Below, piece after piece: positions 44,053 to 53,901 of a DNA stretch of 64,000 nucleotides. The position numbers were made by a program, and so were the translations under genes. Source of the DNA: a virus; the IMG/VR virus record IMGVR_UViG_3300012204_000008, positions 41,458 through 105,457 of that record; one strand, given 5' to 3'. How positions within the stretch are numbered: the stretch's first letter is position 1; every line of letters starts with the position of its first letter. The notes under the pieces were generated by a model, which saw only the letters and a list, made by a program, of their open reading frames with translations, was not told the origin of the DNA and did no database searches.

Positions 44053-44678
44053 GAAGCGACATCAATGTTGTCTACGGCTGCTGCACTGGTGATTGGGAAA
44101 AATTCCAGCGCAATGTAATTTCGCGAGTTCAAAACCGTCGGATAATCGCCACAAGTGGACACACTGGAATTGTTGCACCTTACAACATGATTCTTGATGC
44201 AGTAGTTGATTGGAATCTAGACGCACTGATTTTACTCCACGATGATTTAGAACTAACTGATCCTGACGGTGAAGAAAAACTCATAAATGCACTAGCTGAT
44301 CCCCAAGTTGCACTTGCTGGTGTAGCAGGAGGAGGGGGAGGATCCCTATACTGGTGGGATCACTCACCAATCGGGCACCAATTAACAGACGTTACAAATA
44401 TCGATTTTGGTACACGGGAGGGAGAAGTAACCCTCGTTGAAGGTAGTATTATGGCCTTATCTCCGTGGTTAATTCGCAATCTCCGGTTTGACAGTATCTT
44501 TACTGGCTTTCATGGATATGATGAAATAGGTATGCAAATTCGTTCCCATGGCAAGAAATCCGTGGTAGTAGACGTTGATACACATCATCATAATCCAACG
44601 GGTTACTCCTCACCAGAGAGTGCAGAAATGTGCCGTCTAGCCAATCAACTCTATAAGGAAAAATGGGGATTACCGTGA
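44049..44678 (+). CDS. StrF-like glycosyltransferase
   Basis: YN...LLHDD...GVAG...FD..F.GFHGYD. Confidence 0.7.
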   Translation: MRSDINVVYGCCTGDWEKFQRNVISRVQNRRIIATSGHTGIVAPYNMILDAVVDWNLDALILLHDDLELTDPDGEEKLINALADPQVALAGVAGGGGGSLYWWDHSPIGHQLTDVTNIDFGTREGEVTLVEGSIMALSPWLIRNLRFDSIFTGFHGYDEIGMQIRSHGKKSVVVDVDTHHHNPTGYSSPESAEMCRLANQLYKEKWGLP

Positions 44679-45310
44679 CAGATGTGCCATGGACGAAATT
44701 CACTTATTCCCTTTCAGACTTCCCATTTCCTGATATGGTTGCCACTTCTATCTATACAGAAGACTTGACTGCACTTTCTTTAAAAAAGACTAAAAACACA
44801 TGGCAAACAGATCAGCAGAGCCCTTGGCATGATTTGTTTTATCAAAAGTTTAATTCATGGCAAGAAACATACATTCAATTCATACGAGAGGAGATAAGTC
44901 CATTAATAGGTGAGCCATACTACTATCAAAAAGTACCAACATTTCGTATCCATTTACCAGATAATATTGCAGTAGGTGAATTTCATACGGATGCGATGTA
45001 TCACCATCCATTAGGAGAAGAGTCATTCTGGCTACCATTGACAGAAGCTTATGACACATGTAGTTTATGGATTGAGGACGACGAGAAAAATTTTCGCTCT
45101 GTAAAGGCTTCTCCTGGAGAAGTGATTCGATTTTCAGCAGTAACACGATTGCACGGTAATAAAATCAATATTGAAGGACGTTCTCGTGTCAGCTTTGATT
45201 TTAGATGTTTGCCAGTGAGACTTCTTCCGAAAGAAAAGGGAAAAACCACCATGCATACAAAGTTGAAATTTTCTCCAGGCGGTTATTATTCATCAGAGGT
45301 TATAGGATGA
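44675..45310 (+). CDS. StrG-like Fe(II)/2-oxoglutarate dioxygenase-fold protein
   Basis: YQKVPTFRIHLP...EFHTD (HxD), WLPLT, LHGN, RVSFDFR. Confidence 0.7.
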   Translation: MTDVPWTKFTYSLSDFPFPDMVATSIYTEDLTALSLKKTKNTWQTDQQSPWHDLFYQKFNSWQETYIQFIREEISPLIGEPYYYQKVPTFRIHLPDNIAVGEFHTDAMYHHPLGEESFWLPLTEAYDTCSLWIEDDEKNFRSVKASPGEVIRFSAVTRLHGNKINIEGRSRVSFDFRCLPVRLLPKEKGKTTMHTKLKFSPGGYYSSEVIG

Positions 45311-45840
45311 AACTTAATCTTGGAAGCGGTGATAGGTATGAAGATGGCTGGATTAACGTAGATCATGGATATATAGGAAAGAAAGATCAACGAGTTAATT
45401 TAGCAGGGCCATTACCATGGGAAAAAGAAAGCGTGTCGTACGTATATGCCGGTCACTTACTAGAGCACTTAACGAAAAAGGAATGTCTAGAGCTCCTGAC
45501 CAACTTATTACCACTGATGATAAACGGTGGAAAATTAATGATCGTGGGACCAGACATAGAAAAAGCAAGAGAGATGATGGAAGCTGGGACATTTGACTAT
45601 ACCTATCATTCTCTAAATTCGTTACTCTATGGCGGACATAGATGGGAGGGAGACGATCATAAGTGGGAGACGAATGAGAAAGAGATAACTGAGCTCTTGA
45701 CTATAGCTGGATGGAGTGAGATTCAAAGTATAGGAATAAGTAATGTGGGTGTAGAATGGCCTGTAGCAGATAGAGCTCCGCAATGGCAGTATGCCATTCT
45801 AGCTAGAAAGGGAAAGGAGAAAGAATTAGATGAAACGTGA
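45307..45840 (+). CDS. Class I SAM-dependent methyltransferase
   Basis: KLNLGSG...GWINVD...HLLEHL...GG.L.I.GPD. Confidence 0.8.
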   Translation: MKLNLGSGDRYEDGWINVDHGYIGKKDQRVNLAGPLPWEKESVSYVYAGHLLEHLTKKECLELLTNLLPLMINGGKLMIVGPDIEKAREMMEAGTFDYTYHSLNSLLYGGHRWEGDDHKWETNEKEITELLTIAGWSEIQSIGISNVGVEWPVADRAPQWQYAILARKGKEKELDET

Positions 45841-47053
45841 AAACTGTGGCGCTTGCGGCTCTGATAAGCTAGATATCTTCTTAGATCTTGGCAATTCTCC
45901 GCTTGCTGACGCTTATACTGCAACAGCCTATGAAGAAAGTGAACTATTTCCTTTACAGCTAGCAGTTTGTACTGATTGTCTATTAGTACAACTAGTGGAA
46001 GTTGTAGCCCCAGAGATCCTGTTTGGCAGAGGATACTCTTTTTACTCCTCTGCCTCCCCTCCACTTTCTGCCTATAATGCTCTTTACGCATGGAAAATAT
46101 TGAGCACATACAAAATCCAAGCCAAACAACTCACCGTAGAGATTGGCTGCAATGATGGAGATCTATTAAGTCACTTCGCGAAAAGTAACTGCAAGACACT
46201 CGGAATTGATCCTGCAGAAGGACCGGCTAAGGTGGCTAGAGAGAGGGGGCTTGAAGTCCTTGTTAGTTCTTTTGATGTTAATATGGCAAGAGAGATCAAG
46301 GCGGAGCGGGGTCCAGTCGGTGTTATCATTGCAAATCATGTACTAGCTCACGTTGAAAACGTTTCGGAAGTACTAGAGGGAATTAAGCTCCTGCTCGCAA
46401 GGAATGGAGTAGCTTATATAGAGGTCCAGTATCTACCCGATTTATTGGTCAATAACTCCTTTGATATGGTTTATCACGAGCATCGTAACTTTTTCACCCT
46501 GCATAGTTTAGAAAATGCAGCAAAGCAATGGGGATTACGAATCCTTTCTGCTAAGTTAACCAATCGTCAAGCTGGTTCACTTAGAGTAGTGTTGACGCAT
46601 ACTAATAATTTCTTAGCTTCCTCCCCCCTTTATAAAAAAGAGGATCTCCTCCGATCTGAAGAATGGCTACAATCCCCAAATGCCTACATCGGCCTTCAAG
46701 GCCGAGCCGATCGAATCAGAGAAAGACTTCTCGACTTGGTCTATAATGCAGACAGGCCAATGATTGGATACGGTGCTCCAGCCAAAGCTACTACATTATT
46801 GAATTTCTGTGGAATTAATTTCAGCAGCTTCGAGAGAGTCATAGATGCCACTCCGGCAAAACAAGGGCGCTTTATCCCAGGCACGGGAATACAAATCGTT
46901 TCACCTGAAAATGGAAAAAGAGAAATGGAAAAAGCGAGGACGATACTATTACTTTCATGGAATTATGCGTCCCAAATCATGCAAAATCATATCACACATG
47001 CAGTAAGTGGAGGAAAATGGATACTACCTTTCCCGGCCCCAATGGTTTTCTAA
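45830..47053 (+). CDS. NDP-hexose C-methyltransferase
   Basis: CxxC...LDLG.SPLAD, C..C.LVQL, EIGCNDG, NHVLAHV, YHEH, YGAPAK, KQG.FIPG, LSWNY. Confidence 0.88.
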   Translation: MKRENCGACGSDKLDIFLDLGNSPLADAYTATAYEESELFPLQLAVCTDCLLVQLVEVVAPEILFGRGYSFYSSASPPLSAYNALYAWKILSTYKIQAKQLTVEIGCNDGDLLSHFAKSNCKTLGIDPAEGPAKVARERGLEVLVSSFDVNMAREIKAERGPVGVIIANHVLAHVENVSEVLEGIKLLLARNGVAYIEVQYLPDLLVNNSFDMVYHEHRNFFTLHSLENAAKQWGLRILSAKLTNRQAGSLRVVLTHTNNFLASSPLYKKEDLLRSEEWLQSPNAYIGLQGRADRIRERLLDLVYNADRPMIGYGAPAKATTLLNFCGINFSSFERVIDATPAKQGRFIPGTGIQIVSPENGKREMEKARTILLLSWNYASQIMQNHITHAVSGGKWILPFPAPMVF

Positions 47054-47062
47054 TGGTATAAT
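47054..47062 (+). promoter_or_regulatory. Extended -10 promoter (TGGTATAAT) upstream of holin-like gene
   Basis: Perfect TGnTATAAT in an intergenic gap, followed by AGGAGG and ATG 47089. Confidence 0.55.
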
Positions 47063-47088
47063 AGTTTCATGGCGCAGGAGGCACAGTA

Positions 47089-47310
47089 ATGTCTATTTTA
47101 CCCTATCTCAAAGCATTTGCCGGTGGAACTTTAGCAGGACTAACAACGCTCGGCACAACAATGGTAGAAAGCAGCGCCGGGGGAAGTAGTATTGTCGGCT
47201 CAGAATGGGTGGGTATAGCCGTTGCTGCATTAGGTACTTTTCTCGGCGTTCTAGCGATTCCAAATATAACAAATAAAGAGGAGACGAGTTCATTTGAGGG
47301 CAAAGAGTAG
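47089..47310 (+). CDS. Holin-like membrane protein
   Basis: YLKAF...EW.GIAVAALGT.LGV.AIPN; two TM helices, charged tail. Confidence 0.7.
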   Translation: MSILPYLKAFAGGTLAGLTTLGTTMVESSAGGSSIVGSEWVGIAVAALGTFLGVLAIPNITNKEETSSFEGKE

Positions 47311-47506
47311 CGTGCATCTTGCAATGTGTGTCATAGGTCAAGAGTGGTCATCGTACTGTCAATGCGATGGACCTTGTTGTGAAAAGCAATGGAAACCAAG
47401 ACTAGAAGGGCACACATTAGGAATCTGCGTTTGCAGGCATTGCCCATGCGAATCAGCGGCTAGGGCAAATAGAATGGGAGTTTATGGCCTAAGAGGAAAA
47501 TTTTGA
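47294..47506 (+). CDS. Small Cys-rich hypothetical protein
   Basis: Nine Cys in 70 aa; overlaps both neighbours. Confidence 0.45.
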   Translation: MRAKSSVHLAMCVIGQEWSSYCQCDGPCCEKQWKPRLEGHTLGICVCRHCPCESAARANRMGVYGLRGKF

Positions 47507-48216
47507 TGACTGGCATCGGAGAACACGGAGCTTTAGGGCGGCGTGAACCAACCGATTGGCGTCACGTAGAGCGATTTCCTTTATTTCAACTCTCTCTTGC
47601 AGAACGCCCTAAGGGCGTACCTAGCGCAATTGGTATCAATTGGTATACAGAATTTGATAGACCCACTGAGGGAAATGACGGTAGATGGAGAATAGCCCAA
47701 GACGCTAGACTTACTTCCATACGTGGCGGGCATTGCATCTGCGTCTTACCGAATAGGTTTCGAGAGTATCCTACATGGTGGAAATTCTATAATCAGGGAC
47801 ACGAAGGAAGTTGTGTGGGTTTCGGAGTGAGCCGCATGATGACCAATATTAATCGGTCTCTATACAACGCCCGTTGGCTTTATCAACAAGCCCAGTTAGT
47901 GGACGAATGGGCAGACACGCCGCCAGCAGAAGGAACTTCTGTAAGAGCAGGGCTTGATGTCTTGCGTTCAGTTGGAAATAGACGATTTAATCGCGGTAAA
48001 CTATACGAGGCAGACATTTCTGAAGGAATTTCAGCTAATAGATGGGCAACTTCACTGCAAGATTGGCTCAACGTTCTTGATCGCCCTAGCGCATACGAGG
48101 TACCATTTGTGAATTCTTGGGGGATTAGGTTTCCTCACATAACATGGGTCCCGGTTGAGGTAATTGAGCGCCTAATGAATGAAGGCGGAGAATTCAGTGT
48201 CGTCACGGATAGATAA
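47503..48216 (+). CDS. Papain-like (C1) cysteine peptidase with permuted segment order
   Basis: NQG.EGSCVGF, GGHCI, NSWG. Confidence 0.7.
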   Translation: MMTGIGEHGALGRREPTDWRHVERFPLFQLSLAERPKGVPSAIGINWYTEFDRPTEGNDGRWRIAQDARLTSIRGGHCICVLPNRFREYPTWWKFYNQGHEGSCVGFGVSRMMTNINRSLYNARWLYQQAQLVDEWADTPPAEGTSVRAGLDVLRSVGNRRFNRGKLYEADISEGISANRWATSLQDWLNVLDRPSAYEVPFVNSWGIRFPHITWVPVEVIERLMNEGGEFSVVTDR

Positions 48217-48231
48217 GAGGGAGGAGGAATT

Positions 48232-48609
48232 ATGAGACGCTCTATTTTCCTGACCTTTTCAATCTCACTAATAGCGGTGATCACATTCTTAGCCGCACCA
48301 AGAACGTCAACTCCTACGAGTTGGGCTGTGGTAAACCTTGACGGTTCATTGGCCCGAGGGAGAGACGCTGTTTCAAGTGCTCAACTCGGAGTCGACGGTC
48401 AATACGAAGTAGTGTTCAATCGGGACGTTTCCCAATGCGCGTATGTCGCTAACGGTGGGGAGGCTACTACTATCGGTCCCGACGACGCGATCGTGCTCAC
48501 AGTAGCACCCCGAGAGGGGAATCCTTCCGCTGTCTTTATTCAGGAGTGGGACGGGGTACTTGCCCGCGACTCGTACTCCTCCGGTTTTCACTTAGTCGTT
48601 ACCTGCTAA
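48232..48609 (+). CDS. Secreted hypothetical protein
   Basis: Signal peptide; WAVVN.DG.L.RG...G.YEV.FNRDVS.CAY. Confidence 0.6.
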   Translation: MRRSIFLTFSISLIAVITFLAAPRTSTPTSWAVVNLDGSLARGRDAVSSAQLGVDGQYEVVFNRDVSQCAYVANGGEATTIGPDDAIVLTVAPREGNPSAVFIQEWDGVLARDSYSSGFHLVVTC

Positions 48610-48627
48610 AAATTAAGAGTCGTTATA

Positions 48628-49608
48628 ATGACGAAGCGAATACGTTTTGTAATGGCCATTATGGTTGTACTGACTGCCTTCTTCGCGTTCACCATTAATA
48701 AAGCGAATAGTGAGACTCCCCCTCCAAAACTCGGCATTTGGCAGAACCCACCTTATCTCAGTGGCACTTGGTTACAGAAACAAACAGCAGCGGAATCACA
48801 ATTTGGCGCGTTCGCTGGGCATTGGCGACAGTTCAAACCGCCCTCATCGAATGGGCAGTTGTCATCTGACGAAGAGTGGGCACTCAATAATGGGAAGAGA
48901 CTGTTTAGCAACTGGAAGGTCGCTGGAAGTCTAACCTGGGCACAAACAGCGGCAGGTGCCAGGGATTCGGCTATCGTGGCTGCCGCACAAGATTGGGCCG
49001 CGACGTGTGAAGACAACGGCGAGTGTTGGATCACATTCCATCACGAGCCGGAAAATGACATTGGAAGCTCTGGCTCAGGTATGACAGCCGTAGACTATCG
49101 TAATATGCTTCAACACGTTGTGCCTCTGTGGCGTACGTACGCATCAGAAGTGAAGGTTGTATGGACAATGATGGGATACGAGGGGCACCGGCCCTTATAT
49201 CCCATCTTATACCCTGGCGACGGCTATGTAGACTACATCGGCCACGATCCATATATCAACGCAACAGAGAATCCGTTGAACCTAGCCAATAAGATGATAA
49301 CTAGATCGCAGTGGTTCACTACCAATATTTCTTCCACCAAGCCTTATGTGATCGCCGAGTGGGGTACTGATCTCAAGTATGGCCGCGGAACAGTTCAACA
49401 CCGCACAGATGCAATCAACGAAGTAACTCGCCTTCTACCAGAGCTCTCTTCTGTTGGAATTATTGAGCTAGATCATTTCAATGCACGGGATCATTACCTC
49501 TCGACCCCCGATCTCTCGGGCGCGGACTCCGCGGCGTTCAAGGCACTCAAGAACGCTACTGAAATTGTTGCTCCTACTCCCACAGTTACGGCTACCCCAT
49601 GCCCTTAG
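48628..49608 (+). CDS. Secreted GH26-like glycoside hydrolase
   Basis: Signal peptide; TFHHEPEND, LYPGD.YVD.IG.DPY, IAEWG. Confidence 0.75.
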   Translation: MTKRIRFVMAIMVVLTAFFAFTINKANSETPPPKLGIWQNPPYLSGTWLQKQTAAESQFGAFAGHWRQFKPPSSNGQLSSDEEWALNNGKRLFSNWKVAGSLTWAQTAAGARDSAIVAAAQDWAATCEDNGECWITFHHEPENDIGSSGSGMTAVDYRNMLQHVVPLWRTYASEVKVVWTMMGYEGHRPLYPILYPGDGYVDYIGHDPYINATENPLNLANKMITRSQWFTTNISSTKPYVIAEWGTDLKYGRGTVQHRTDAINEVTRLLPELSSVGIIELDHFNARDHYLSTPDLSGADSAAFKALKNATEIVAPTPTVTATPCP

Positions 49609-49773
49609 AACCTGTAGAATTTTGCTGGACACATTGGGAATGGCTCGATAATGATATGCACGAGAAGACAACCTTATGTGACATCGACCTTATTTCACGT
49701 TCAACTGCTTCTGTCTCCATGTTAAGAAAAATTAATGACGTTCCAATAAGAGACGAACTACTTTAGGAGTGAA

Positions 49774-50277
49774 ATGAAGAAAATAATCGCAATAGTAACT
49801 TCCATTGTTCTTGCTCTCATTGCTATATTCACATTTGCTACACCTGCGAGCGCATCAACAACCTATACTCACAAATACAAGATCTACGGAACATACTATG
49901 GAGACAATAACGTTGAACTTTACATATGGGTACAATACAAGATAAGCAATGATCGGACTGTTGACTGGTATGGATTAACTCAAGCATGCTCGAATTACGC
50001 AGGAAACATTATGGGTTGGCTACATAACAATAGCGGCGACGTTAGTGGAACAGGTTACGGTCTTCAAGGTCCTCCACCATGCAGCAACCCGCAAGTATTA
50101 GATACAGATAATCGCAATTTTACAGCAAGCTCAAATCCTGGTTGGTCTCAATATTGGCGTCCAGCAGGAACTCCTGAATCCCAGCCATCATGCAACTACT
50201 TTGTGAGATTTAATGATGGATGGATCATAAGATGGGATCCTACCCCATCATGGTGTCACGTCCAACAGATCTATTAA
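49774..50277 (+). CDS. Secreted hypothetical protein
   Basis: Signal peptide ending PASA; AGGAG RBS. Confidence 0.6.
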   Translation: MKKIIAIVTSIVLALIAIFTFATPASASTTYTHKYKIYGTYYGDNNVELYIWVQYKISNDRTVDWYGLTQACSNYAGNIMGWLHNNSGDVSGTGYGLQGPPPCSNPQVLDTDNRNFTASSNPGWSQYWRPAGTPESQPSCNYFVRFNDGWIIRWDPTPSWCHVQQIY

Positions 50278-50304
50278 TCTAGAGAGGGAAATAAGATCAA
50301 AGGT

Positions 50305-50748
50305 ATGTTGCGGCGGGCTGAGAGGACTAGAAGAAGGCTCTTCTCAGTTCCGTTCGCGACTGCAATTGCATGCATCGGGATAAATAACGGACTTACTGTT
50401 TTCATTTCAAAACGTTCAGTGGTTTCTGCAGCCCTCCCAACCTTTTTCCAATCTCTGTGGGCCATTTTCTATATAATTGCTGGTATAATGATCCTAATTG
50501 GAATCGGAATGGGGGCAAGAAACATTGAAGCTGCTGGCTGTATTGCCTTTTGCGGCGGATCTCTCATCAATGCACTGGCTGTTGCGGATGTCTTAGGTTG
50601 GACCAGTTGGAACTCAATTTGTGTATTGCTTCTATTTTCTATTTTCTCGTTCATACGCGCAATGAACATAATGCAAGGGAAGGTTCTCGTATTGCTGAAG
50701 GTGGTAAACGGAGATGGAGATGATTTCTCTTCTACTCCTCGCCACTAG
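50305..50748 (+). CDS. Membrane protein (about 4 TM helices)
   Basis: Hydrophobic helices. Confidence 0.6.
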   Translation: MLRRAERTRRRLFSVPFATAIACIGINNGLTVFISKRSVVSAALPTFFQSLWAIFYIIAGIMILIGIGMGARNIEAAGCIAFCGGSLINALAVADVLGWTSWNSICVLLLFSIFSFIRAMNIMQGKVLVLLKVVNGDGDDFSSTPRH

Positions 50749-51085
50749 CTCGGGAAATGGTCTAAACACAACCGTTCTCAGTATTTTGGTTTCCTTAATT
50801 ATCGGTCTATTTGGTGGCGGGTCATTGGTTGCATTACTAAAAGTCAAAGTTGACAAGAATCAAATAGTGATTTCAGCAGCACAGGGGGCCGTCATCATAC
50901 AGTCAGGGGTTATCGACGACTTACAAGAAGAACTTTCTCGCATCAAAGTTAACCTAACAGAATGTCTTAATGAATTACACAAAGCAGAAAAAGAGATCAA
51001 CCTCTTAAACAATAGTCTATACAAGGCAGAGCATGAGATTCAGGTTCTTCAACACCAGGTTACAGTTCTAGGTGGCGGACGATGA
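50714..51085 (+). CDS. Membrane-anchored coiled-coil protein (possible lysis accessory)
   Basis: TM ending GGG, then heptad repeats. Confidence 0.55.
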   Translation: MEMISLLLLATSSGNGLNTTVLSILVSLIIGLFGGGSLVALLKVKVDKNQIVISAAQGAVIIQSGVIDDLQEELSRIKVNLTECLNELHKAEKEINLLNNSLYKAEHEIQVLQHQVTVLGGGR

Positions 51086-51348
51086 AACTCATTGACTCTT
51101 TCTTCCGACTCTTTAGAGGTAGATTTCTTCCCCTACCTATTATTTCTAAGACGTTCTGGTACTATGAGGTCGGGGACGTAATCGTAGTCAAGACCAATGG
51201 AAAAGAGATAAAGTGCCGCATTGTTCACATGGCCCATGCTCCCGAAGCTGAAGAAATTGGGCCATTGCTCGTTATACCACCAGGAAGATGGTTTCTAATT
51301 TTAGAGTCAATAGAGAAAGAGAAAGAGAAAGAGGAAAAGAATAGCTAA
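51082..51348 (+). CDS. Hypothetical protein
   Basis: ATGA and TAATG overlaps. Confidence 0.5.
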   Translation: MKLIDSFFRLFRGRFLPLPIISKTFWYYEVGDVIVVKTNGKEIKCRIVHMAHAPEAEEIGPLLVIPPGRWFLILESIEKEKEKEEKNS

Positions 51349-51731
51349 TGTGGGAATATAGGGCCTCGGTGCTTTCTGTCGTTGACGGCGACACACTTCG
51401 TACGTTATGGGATCAGGGCCGCCATACTTACGGGCAAGAAGATGTTAGACTTTTGGATGTATGGGCACCAGAGCTACGCGAACCGGGAGGGCCAGAGACT
51501 AAGGAATTTGTTTCTTCTTGGTGTGCAGAGGCAGCTCGTGCAAACTTTCCATTAACCCTACGATGGCCTATTCTTATACACACAGAAATTAATTCTCTCG
51601 TAGAGCCAGAGGAGAAACGAACTTTTACTAGATACGTTGCAGATGTTTGGTTTATTGACAAGTCACGACATCTAAATGCAGATGTTCGTACCTTTTTACT
51701 TTCACACCCAGAATGGGGAAAAGGGGCATGA
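51348..51731 (+). CDS. Thermonuclease (SNase-like)
   Basis: YRA.V.SVVDGDT, VRL.DV.APE, FTRYVA. Confidence 0.8.
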   Translation: MWEYRASVLSVVDGDTLRTLWDQGRHTYGQEDVRLLDVWAPELREPGGPETKEFVSSWCAEAARANFPLTLRWPILIHTEINSLVEPEEKRTFTRYVADVWFIDKSRHLNADVRTFLLSHPEWGKGA

Positions 51732-52015
51732 CAGAAGAAAATAGACAAAGATATCTCAAAGCCGTACACGCTATGCAGTCTGGCGTAGCAATGAAAAAGG
51801 GACTCATGCATGGGGAGACGGATACGAAACATCTTCGTGTTGGCGTCAACTCAGCAATGTGTGACCATGCGGCGCTAGTACGGCTTCTCATGGAAAAAGG
51901 AATACTTACAAAAGAAGAATATACTAAAGCTGTAGCGGATGAAATGGAGAGAGAAGTGGAAAGATATAAGAAAGAGTTGAAAGAACTACTAGGAGCAGAG
52001 GTAAATCTCGCATGA
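51728..52015 (+). CDS. Hypothetical protein
   Basis: HAMQSGVA...KHLRVGVNSAM; ATGA overlaps. Confidence 0.6.
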   Translation: MTEENRQRYLKAVHAMQSGVAMKKGLMHGETDTKHLRVGVNSAMCDHAALVRLLMEKGILTKEEYTKAVADEMEREVERYKKELKELLGAEVNLA

Positions 52016-52326
52016 ACGGTAGAACTACGGCAGATGTGTTGATAACAGAAATTGAGAAACTACAAATTCTTTTGGCCAACGAAAAGGAAGAGAGGGAGAG
52101 AGTAGAGGCTCTTCTACAAGAGGCGGAAGAAGAGAGGGAGGGGGTAATTGACCGCACAAACGCTATTTATCTAAGGATTCATAATAGATACCATGAGAAC
52201 GTTGCGATTGCAAAGCGGCTAACAGAGACCCTACCGCGTACTAGCCATAAACTAATTGCCTCTGAGACCCGTGTAGCCGTATTAGCCGATGTTTTAGGTG
52301 ATCTTAAGGAGTTTTATGAGGGGTAA
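52012..52326 (+). CDS. Hypothetical coiled-coil protein
   Basis: ATGA overlap, GAGG RBS. Confidence 0.55.
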   Translation: MNGRTTADVLITEIEKLQILLANEKEERERVEALLQEAEEEREGVIDRTNAIYLRIHNRYHENVAIAKRLTETLPRTSHKLIASETRVAVLADVLGDLKEFYEG

Positions 52327-52543
52327 AATTCCAGATAAGGGCGATATTCTCACTGCTAGCTTTCCAACTGGCCTACAACTCCATTTCATTATCTACAATG
52401 TAATTGACCGAGGAGACAGTTGGACAATGGGAATTATCAGTGACCCGGAGAATGACGAAAATTTTAATAGCAAGAACGACCTCAAATTAGGTGCATTAAA
52501 ACATATCGAGAATGGATTATGGTCTGCAGAGATTTGTGAATGA
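52316..52543 (+). CDS. Hypothetical protein
   Basis: AAGGAG RBS. Confidence 0.5.
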   Translation: MRGKIPDKGDILTASFPTGLQLHFIIYNVIDRGDSWTMGIISDPENDENFNSKNDLKLGALKHIENGLWSAEICE

Positions 52544-52758
52544 GAGAAAAGAGAGAAAAACTAATGGAGATTATGGGGAAGGTAGGAGATGAAGAGATGA
52601 AGGCTATTTCCTCTGCGAGAAAAGCTGTTATGGAAGCCTGGGTCTGTCCGTTATGTGATCACGAACATTTTGCTTTTCGCTGCGAAGAATACATTGACGG
52701 ATACGGGGCGCCAGAGCAGTACTGCCACTGTCCGCCTAGATTTGTTGAGGGCTCATGA
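52540..52758 (+). CDS. Hypothetical protein (Cys/His-rich C-terminus)
   Basis: CPLCDHEH...CHC; ATGA overlaps. Confidence 0.5.
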   Translation: MREKREKLMEIMGKVGDEEMKAISSARKAVMEAWVCPLCDHEHFAFRCEEYIDGYGAPEQYCHCPPRFVEGS

Positions 52759-53414
52759 AGCTAAGGGCGAAAGACTTTAGCGTAACTGTAGTGATCCCTA
52801 CGATTCCTGGCCGGGAAGAGAGACTTAAAGAGGCCCTAGAGTCTGTCTACGCCCAAACTCTTTCGCCTAATGATGTTGTCGTCTATAACGACGTACAGCG
52901 GCGAGGAGCTTGGTACGCGAGAAATTCTGCCTTACTCTCTGTAAAGACTTCATTTGTGGCGTATTTAGATGATGATGATAAATTCCTACCTGACCATTTA
53001 GAAACTTTAATTGGTACAGCCAAACTTCGCACCGATGCTGACATGGTCTATTCCTACATGGAGATTATGGGATACTCACGGGATCCGCTAGCTTGTCCCG
53101 TTAATGGAAAACTCGTTCTTCCTCTCGGCGTTCCTTTTGGGAAAGAGCAAGAATTCCATCTGCGCTTCGTCGGTAACTTCATACCGGTCACATATCTCGT
53201 AAAAACGAATTACTGCCGTCTCGTTGGCGGTATGCCAGAGCCTTACTCTGCTGAATGGCCTAGATGCTGTGAAGATTGGGGCTTCCTAATTAGACTCTTA
53301 GACGCCGGTGCTAAATTCGTTCATATTCCGCGTCGTACGTGGATTTACAACGTTCACTCGGACAATACTGGTGGTGGCTTCGCAGGACCAGACACCTTAA
53401 TTTCGGATATGTAA
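52755..53414 (+). CDS. Glycosyltransferase family 2
   Basis: VTVVIPT, SV.AQT, ARN, LDDDD, EDW. Confidence 0.85.
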   Translation: MKLRAKDFSVTVVIPTIPGREERLKEALESVYAQTLSPNDVVVYNDVQRRGAWYARNSALLSVKTSFVAYLDDDDKFLPDHLETLIGTAKLRTDADMVYSYMEIMGYSRDPLACPVNGKLVLPLGVPFGKEQEFHLRFVGNFIPVTYLVKTNYCRLVGGMPEPYSAEWPRCCEDWGFLIRLLDAGAKFVHIPRRTWIYNVHSDNTGGGFAGPDTLISDM

Positions 53415-53430
53415 GAAGAGAGGAAATGAG

Positions 53431-53901
53431 TTGAAAGAAGAGAACTCTTCTAAGACTAAAAAGTGCAATATATGTGAAGCAATAAAAAATCTTGACGAGT
53501 ATTACTTAATCAGTGGTACTCAAAAAACTAGAAGTGAGTGCAAAAAATGTAGTATTTCTCATGATAGAGAATACAGTAAAAAAGTTCGAAAAAAATATCC
53601 ACTTCTTGAAGCCGAAAGAAGATTATTAAATAGAAAAAATACTGCAGATAAGGTTTTCTCACACTACGGAGAATTCTGCATTTGCTGCAATGAGAATAAT
53701 AGGATTTTTCTTACTATAGATCATATGGAAAACAACGGCCACGAGCACAGGAAAGAAATACGAGGAAATGGTTTGGGGCATAATTTTTATTTATGGTTAA
53801 TAAGGAATAACTTCCCAAATGAGTTTCAGACATTGTGTAGAAATTGTAATTGGGGAAAGTTTAGAAACTATGGAGTTTGCCCCCATGAGGAAACGCTATG
53901 A
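53431..53901 (+). CDS. HNH/Endonuclease VII-like protein, paralog of 1392-2054
   Basis: CNIC...CKKC; YG..CICC...FLTIDH...LCRNCN...CPH. Confidence 0.7.
   Translation: MKEENSSKTKKCNICEAIKNLDEYYLISGTQKTRSECKKCSISHDREYSKKVRKKYPLLEAERRLLNRKNTADKVFSHYGEFCICCNENNRIFLTIDHMENNGHEHRKEIRGNGLGHNFYLWLIRNNFPNEFQTLCRNCNWGKFRNYGVCPHEETL

Noticed and set aside
49609-49770. Possible small gene or RNA in the gap after the GH26-like gene
   Set aside because: An open frame exists but has no convincing start or RBS, and no tRNA-like fold is visible
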